Below the pieces are notes generated by a model that searched no databases, was not told where the DNA came from, and saw only the letters and a program-made list of their open reading frames with translations. From contig JBLDXI010000017.1 in NCBI GenBank assembly GCA_047495785.1, positions 1,860,001 through 1,924,000 on the forward strand: a stretch of DNA of 64,000 nucleotides, written 5' to 3'. The stretch comes from Lepidodermella squamata (Eukaryota > Animalia > Gastrotricha). Position 1 is the stretch's first letter. Every line of letters begins with the position of its first letter. Position numbers and translations under genes: made by a program. Shown one piece after another: positions 58,603 through 64,000 of this stretch.

Positions 58603-60652
58603 TATGAATTCGTTACGATTTTACCATCTTGTGCAAATAAATTTTTGTATTAATTTGAATTTTACTGATCGTTAATAAATGTTGAAGCGGTTTTAGCTTT
58701 GGGTGTAATTTTTCATTCTGCACGAGGGGGATTTATTTACGGTCACTCGAAGTGCTCGGGACATTTTACTATCTCAATCTAAGCAGTTGGGGGTAGAGTG
58801 GTCACCTGTGGCGATGAATTATCCGCCAGTGCTCCGTATTTTAAGCCTGATCAAATCCGCTATTTTCATTATAAACTGAATTTTTTCGCACTTTAACTTC
58901 AGCTTTTCTATATATAACTGAATCAGAGGAAGTTCAGCGGATCAAAGGAAAAAAACAAAATTGATTAGTTGATTGTTAGCCTTTAAGCCCACCTCCACCT
59001 TACGTTTTTAGCGTAGACCTGTTTACGCTGAGAACTCAAACGAGGTTGTGGGATCTGTAGCTATCCACCCACTAAAGTGTGCGGAAATCAAAAGAAATCG
59101 CCACTTCCAGCCATTCCACATTTCGAATATATCCTTTTCCGCTTCCCGACTCGCAGAATTGAGGACGGTTTTTCTCACAATTTAATTTTACCCTAAGCCT
59201 ATATAGCGAGAGACATTATTTAGAAGCTTGAACACTGCTGGCGTCTCACTTTGGCTTTGAGTCAAATTAGACGCTCGCGCTGCGTATAATTAAAAGGTTA
59301 TGCGCGCTTCTTTGATTTATTTTATTTGCGCTCACGAGACGCGCTCGCGCAATAAACAAATATTGTTAAGGAAGATTATTGTTATTATTATTAAATGCGC
59401 ACTTGAAGCCGGAACTAACCGCAGGCGGAAAATATCAATGAAAAGACACGCGGCACTTTTACCGTTCGAGAGTCTTTTGCCTATGCTTTTGTCGTCAAAT
59501 AGGTAATGTTGCGCCGCACACACACACACAATGAGATAAAGCGGTGCTATAATCCACTGTGTGAAAATGAGACTCTCGTTCCACGCGCGATAAAACATAC
59601 CGAACCCTAGGAATTCGTTCACCAGGTAATAGATAAAAAGGTCGAAGATAACACTTTAACCCTTGGTATGTCAACTTGGCCCCTCTAGACATTTTCCATG
59701 CACTGCGCACCGAGGGACATTATGTAGTTCATGGCTATAAGGACATTTACCTAGAATTTTGACATATGACATATTATCAATTTTAGCAAGGGACATTTTC
59801 CTTTATATTTATGAATAAACAGGTGCGCCGTTGTGGCGGTGTGAATAGATAGAAGTCACGTGGTTTGATGCTTTAACATTTGGCACGTTGCCTGCTCTCA
59901 ATAGAATTACCACGTGACTTTTCAGCGCGCTCAGATGCGCTAATGGCGGCAGCACACAGTGAAAAAATCGAGACATTTTTTGCGCTGTTGCCGTGGCGAT
60001 GGTAAATAGATATAAGTTATTACTTGCTCACCTTACGCTTGCGGCGCAAGGCTAATTTGCGGGGAGGAACAACGTGTTATTTTTCTGAGCTCTCTCGGCC
60101 TGCGATATTATAGTAATATTTTTACAAAAAGTTCGCCCACTCACGCGCGCATACGAAGCGCGCGCGTCGCTGAATGCGCGAACGCGGCTAAAATTTGACG
60201 AGGCCGATGAAGCGCTCGCGGCTGCGCTCTTATCGTGCATCATTGAGCGCGAGGGACATTTCATTAAAGCAGGCAGGCATTTACTTAAATCAAAGGCGAA
60301 AGTTGTGTAAATTTCTACAACAACTCAATAATAATAATAATAATATGATGATGATGTAGAGAATAAAGGCCATTTTGTTAAAATATGTCTCTAGCTCCGT
60401 ACGTTAAATTTTACAGCCCCATATAGCGCTTTTTCCGTGCAGCGAAAAGACAAACCACCTTAATAATAAGCATCACGACATTTTTTCACACTTCGTAGAT
60501 AGCTTTCATCAAATTATCGCAGATTGAACAAATATATGCGACGAACTGGAGGCGACCGTTGACTAAGAAGGCTTCATTTTTTGGGCGCGGAACCAAAAAA
60601 AGAGCGATATATTTATATCACACTAACGATCTCTCTCATCGTCACCGAAAGA

Positions 60653-60979
60653 ATGGAACAAATTTCTATCGCCAGCTTGTTGACGCTTTCAGTTTTCTTC
60701 ATAGCTGCAATGGCATCGCCTGTTCACGAGCCTAATCAGGACGCTGATTTGCCGACGCCCTTTCCGCACCACTTCGACCAGCACCAGGCGCGCGACCGCA
60801 ACCGCCGCCACAGTTCCTCGTCGCCGATAGCTTGCCGCGGCATCGGCAACCAGCTGCAAAAACTGTGCTGTGCCACCGGCTGGTCGGCCTGCTGCCCGTG
60901 CAAGCGGAAACGCCGCGCTGAAAACGAAAAAGAGGACGAACCGGCCGTCGCCGCGTCGCCAATGTTGCTTCAGAGATAA
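60653..60979 (+). CDS. Single-exon Cys-rich prepropeptide (neuropeptide/toxin-like precursor)
   Basis: Signal MEQISIASLLTLSVFFIAAMA, pro-region, RNRR site, then HSSSSPIACRGIGNQLQKLCCATGWSACCPC, KRKRR and an acidic tail. GC-rich relative to flanks. AATAAA at ~61032. Confidence 0.75.
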   Translation: MEQISIASLLTLSVFFIAAMASPVHEPNQDADLPTPFPHHFDQHQARDRNRRHSSSSPIACRGIGNQLQKLCCATGWSACCPCKRKRRAENEKEDEPAVAASPMLLQR

Positions 60980-62034
60980 ATCATATTTATATATTATTAC
61001 ACTATCAAATTTAAATTCATGTGACAAAAAGAATAAACTGACAGATTTTTCTTAATTACATCAATTAACCAAACAGTTTTTATGCGTAGCACCGAGTTTA
61101 GGCCGCAGTGATACTTTACTTCATAATTGCGCCATGAAGAAGGAGGTCGCGAAATATTCCATATATATCTTCTGAAGCCCCTTCATTCCGCTCAAAAACA
61201 AACACAAATTTTTTTCGCCTACCGGTGCTACGCGATTCTCAATCGAAATGATGAAACACCATATATACCACAATGGCCTAATCGTGAAATTGTTTTACTT
61301 CCGCGTCAAAAATTATGTCATTTTTTTCTGTTGAAAATGTTATATACCCTGTCTCGTCAATGTTTCGTTTTAGCTGAAAATAAATAAATCGTTGGAAAAA
61401 AAATGAAGAAGCATTAAATTTGCACTTTATTTTTCTTTTTTTTGCAATTTTTATTTCGCAGGAACTCGAAATTTGAGAATCAATTATCGAAGCGTAAGGT
61501 ATCAGGTCTCATCAGTATCAGGAAAAATGATTCTAGGCGATTCCAGGCACAAAGGAAACTTGATAGCCATCAATCTTAGGACTAAATTGAATGCCTCTCG
61601 GCGGTTTTTTGAAGTTCGTCTTAATTTCTCTAGTTTCTGACGAGCTTAAGTGCGATCAGCGAAGTTGCTGGGCTGTCGGTTCTGAATTCCGCAATTTCGC
61701 AACATCGAAATCTAAATCTAAATAATTTTCCTGATCATTTGAGCGATTTCGACTCAATCCTTTCATGATCGTGATGTTTTATTTTAGCTAACTGTAACCC
61801 TCGGGTTTTAGGGGGAAATTTGGCTTCCGAGGATACTACTTTATCGGACAAATCAATGCTGTTAAGAATCGAACTGGAAATCGATATCGGCTCCACAAAA
61901 TGAGGCATAAAACTCTTAAAACTGACCGCCGATAGCGCGAAATACGATTATACAGCATTACCGTGCTTTGAGTCATGGCATCATAGCTCTTTTTATAGTG
62001 GCATGCCACCTTAAATTTCAATGCAAATTATTAC

Positions 62035-62201
62035 ATCGCGGGGTGGGCGACAGAAAGACTTGCCTAAAATAGAAACAAATGGCGTTTTTGCATCTCCGCC
62101 AAGTCAGTCGCGTGCCTGTGATTCCTAAAGAACGCGTTTCGGATCATTAAATGTCATCTGTTTCTATTCTAGACAAGTCATTCTGACGGCCACCCCGTGA
62201 T
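62035..62201. mobile_element. MITE family 3 / foldback (~167 bp)
   Basis: ~55-bp imperfect inverted repeat: ATCGCGGGGTGGGCGACAGAAAGACTTGCCTAAAATAGAAACAAATG vs CATCTGTTTCTATTCTAGACAAGTCATTCTGACGGCCACCCCGTGAT. Confidence 0.75.
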
Positions 62202-62463
62202 ATGCCACTATATCGGGGCATTTCAAAATAAGCGTAAAACTTCACTTGGTTGGGCATGATAAAAGGACTGCCAGGAACTCAAAAAACCATATGTTAGGAG
62301 CAGGAACCTCGAGTTTAGGCACATCCAATCTGAAATCATCCAAAAACAAAAATTGGGTTAAAAAGAAATTTTTCATAAATTTATTGTTCGAATTGCCAGT
62401 TTTCAAAACTTGAGTAAAAAATGTTTGAGCAAATTAGTTTCACCCTTATTATTATTATGAATT

Positions 62464-64000
62464 TTATTCAGTTGTCTGGCACCACCACGCCTTGAAAAAT
62501 CCAACATCATCGATCGCAATATCGGAAGATCCGCGCCGATCCGCGCCAACTGTTGCTTGGAAAGAGACTCGAAAAAGGGTGGTAACATCGCGCGGAACTG
62601 CAACCTGCGCATTGTTCCACTGGCCACCCTTGAAGCCGCGAATAACCAACAAAGGGCGCACATCGTCAAGCCCGGTTGTTGCCGACCGGGTAACAAGAGA
62701 TACAGCAAGCCTGCCGGTGTAACTGCCGGCTTTGTAGTACCAGAAATTGATACAGTCAACGTCGGTGATGTTGAACTCGCGTTTCGACGCCAACACGGCT
62801 ACGTCGCCGGGAAATCGGCCTCGAGAGACGGCCGCTGCGAATTGGCCATCTTTCGACGACTTTGTATGGTCTACTTTCGGCAATATTGCGCCAAGAACTC
62901 TGTCGACACTAGTAGCACTTCCCTTCGTCACCTAAATTAGCGACAAAAAAATAATTTTGAATTAAAATTTTTTGAAAATTTTGAAATTTAAATTTAAATT
63001 TTGAAAAATTCCTTAAAATATAAATTAAAATTAAAATTATTTCAAATTTCTTATATTACCTGCCAATTGAATGTTGCCAGGTCCCAATTTTCAAGCAAAT
63101 TCAGGCAGAAAGTTGAATCTTCGAAATCGCAGAAATATGTATACAACTGAGTAACGTCCCGCGTTGTAGTCGGCGTCGTTCTAACAGTCGTCGGTTTCGG
63201 CGTTATGAAATAGGCAAACGACCTCGCGACTGTGAATTTAAATCCCGATCCTTTCGGATAGCCCTCGCCATAAATTCGGAAGGCAATGTAAATCGAATTT
63301 GATGTCGTTTTAAAAATGTCACGCGGCCGTTCGTTGCCGCATAACGACGCAACTGTTGGGTAAGAGCTGTTGATTCCGTCGTAGATAAACAGTCCAGCTA
63401 GGGAGCAATTCGGCGAATTCTCTATATCGAACCATGAAAATTGAACAGCAATTATCGTCCGGCGAACACGTGGGTCATCATCGTTTTCAGCGTCGTAGTA
63501 GTCAGGTGTTAATTCAAGCGGAACGGTGACGAGCCAGCTTTCATTCTTGTACATTCGATCATTCTCGTCGGCGGAATTTTCTATTCGGACAAACGTTTCG
63601 TTTTCGTAAATTGTCGGCACTTCCCCGTCCAAATTCAGGTCGGAATCACCTTGGTATGGGATTAAATGACTAGGCGGCTTGAAAGGCGCCACTGTTGTGC
63701 TCGGGGGCGGTTCGGTCTTGAAAAACTGGCAGGTCGAGTTGAAAACGTGAATGCTTTTCAGGTAGATTATACTATCGACCGATATATCCTCTCGTCTCAG
63801 TCGAGTTCCATTCAGCAATAGGACTATGGTAGAATCCACCATTATTTGCAACGTTTCGACCAACCATGAGTTATGGCAACTTTCGCCCTGAGTTTTTCTC
63901 CAGATCAATTTCGAACTATTTTGAATAGGATAGCCGTAACTTAGCAGCTGGAGTGAGTTGTCGCGATTCCCACACATTTTGTAAACTATCGTAATACAGT
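62464..64000 (-). CDS. 3' part of a MAM-CUB-MAM secreted protein (5' end beyond window)
   Basis: CUB (FSWFDIENSPNCSLAGLFIYDG...LCG...GSGFKF), CDFEDSTFC, intron 62932-63059, and MAM ending SDIAIDDVGF...C. Confidence 0.8.

Noticed and set aside
59845-59925. miRNA hairpin
   Set aside because: The stem is only ~12-14 bp with a large loop; kept only as a possible E-box pair.
1-64000. Prokaryotic operon, defence island or CRISPR interpretation
   Set aside because: Spliceosomal introns, AATAAA signals and metazoan domains occur throughout, and there is no repeat-spacer array.

Overview
This is not a prokaryotic window. It is an AT-rich, CpG-undepleted, very gene-dense segment of a compact invertebrate (metazoan) nuclear genome. 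Introns are mostly ~45-60 nt GT-AG, with one inferred GC-AG, and the standard genetic code applies. I cannot identify the species. After manual splicing, about 21 genes are supported, and nearly all encode secreted or cell-surface proteins. They are: (i) orphan secreted T/R/Y-rich proteins sharing an unnamed ~34-aa motif; (ii) a chymotrypsin-type S1 protease; (iii) six CAP/SCP genes carrying 12 CAP domains of two subtypes, four genes with an N-terminal Sushi/CCP domain and four domains with RGD in the same inserted loop; (iv) an intronless PQQ/BamB-like beta-propeller, an HGT candidate; (v) a MAM/astacin/CUB family in which 4 of 5 astacin domains lack the catalytic Glu, including a small astacin-only gene whose duplication junction is readable; (vi) a lone MEX3-type KH protein, a GABA-B-like class C GPCR, a Ly6/uPAR protein split by a mucin insert, a divergent Dispatched lacking its GxxxD(D) acidic residues, and two Cys-rich precursor proteins. 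At least three MITE-like families sit in introns and intergenic DNA. No rRNA, tRNA or CRISPR array was seen. The best candidates for an undescribed system are the Sushi-multiCAP(RGD) array and the MAM-pseudo-astacin array, possibly parts of one secretory (mucus/adhesion/immune/venom-like) module. All exon structures and domain calls are manual readings, not computed.
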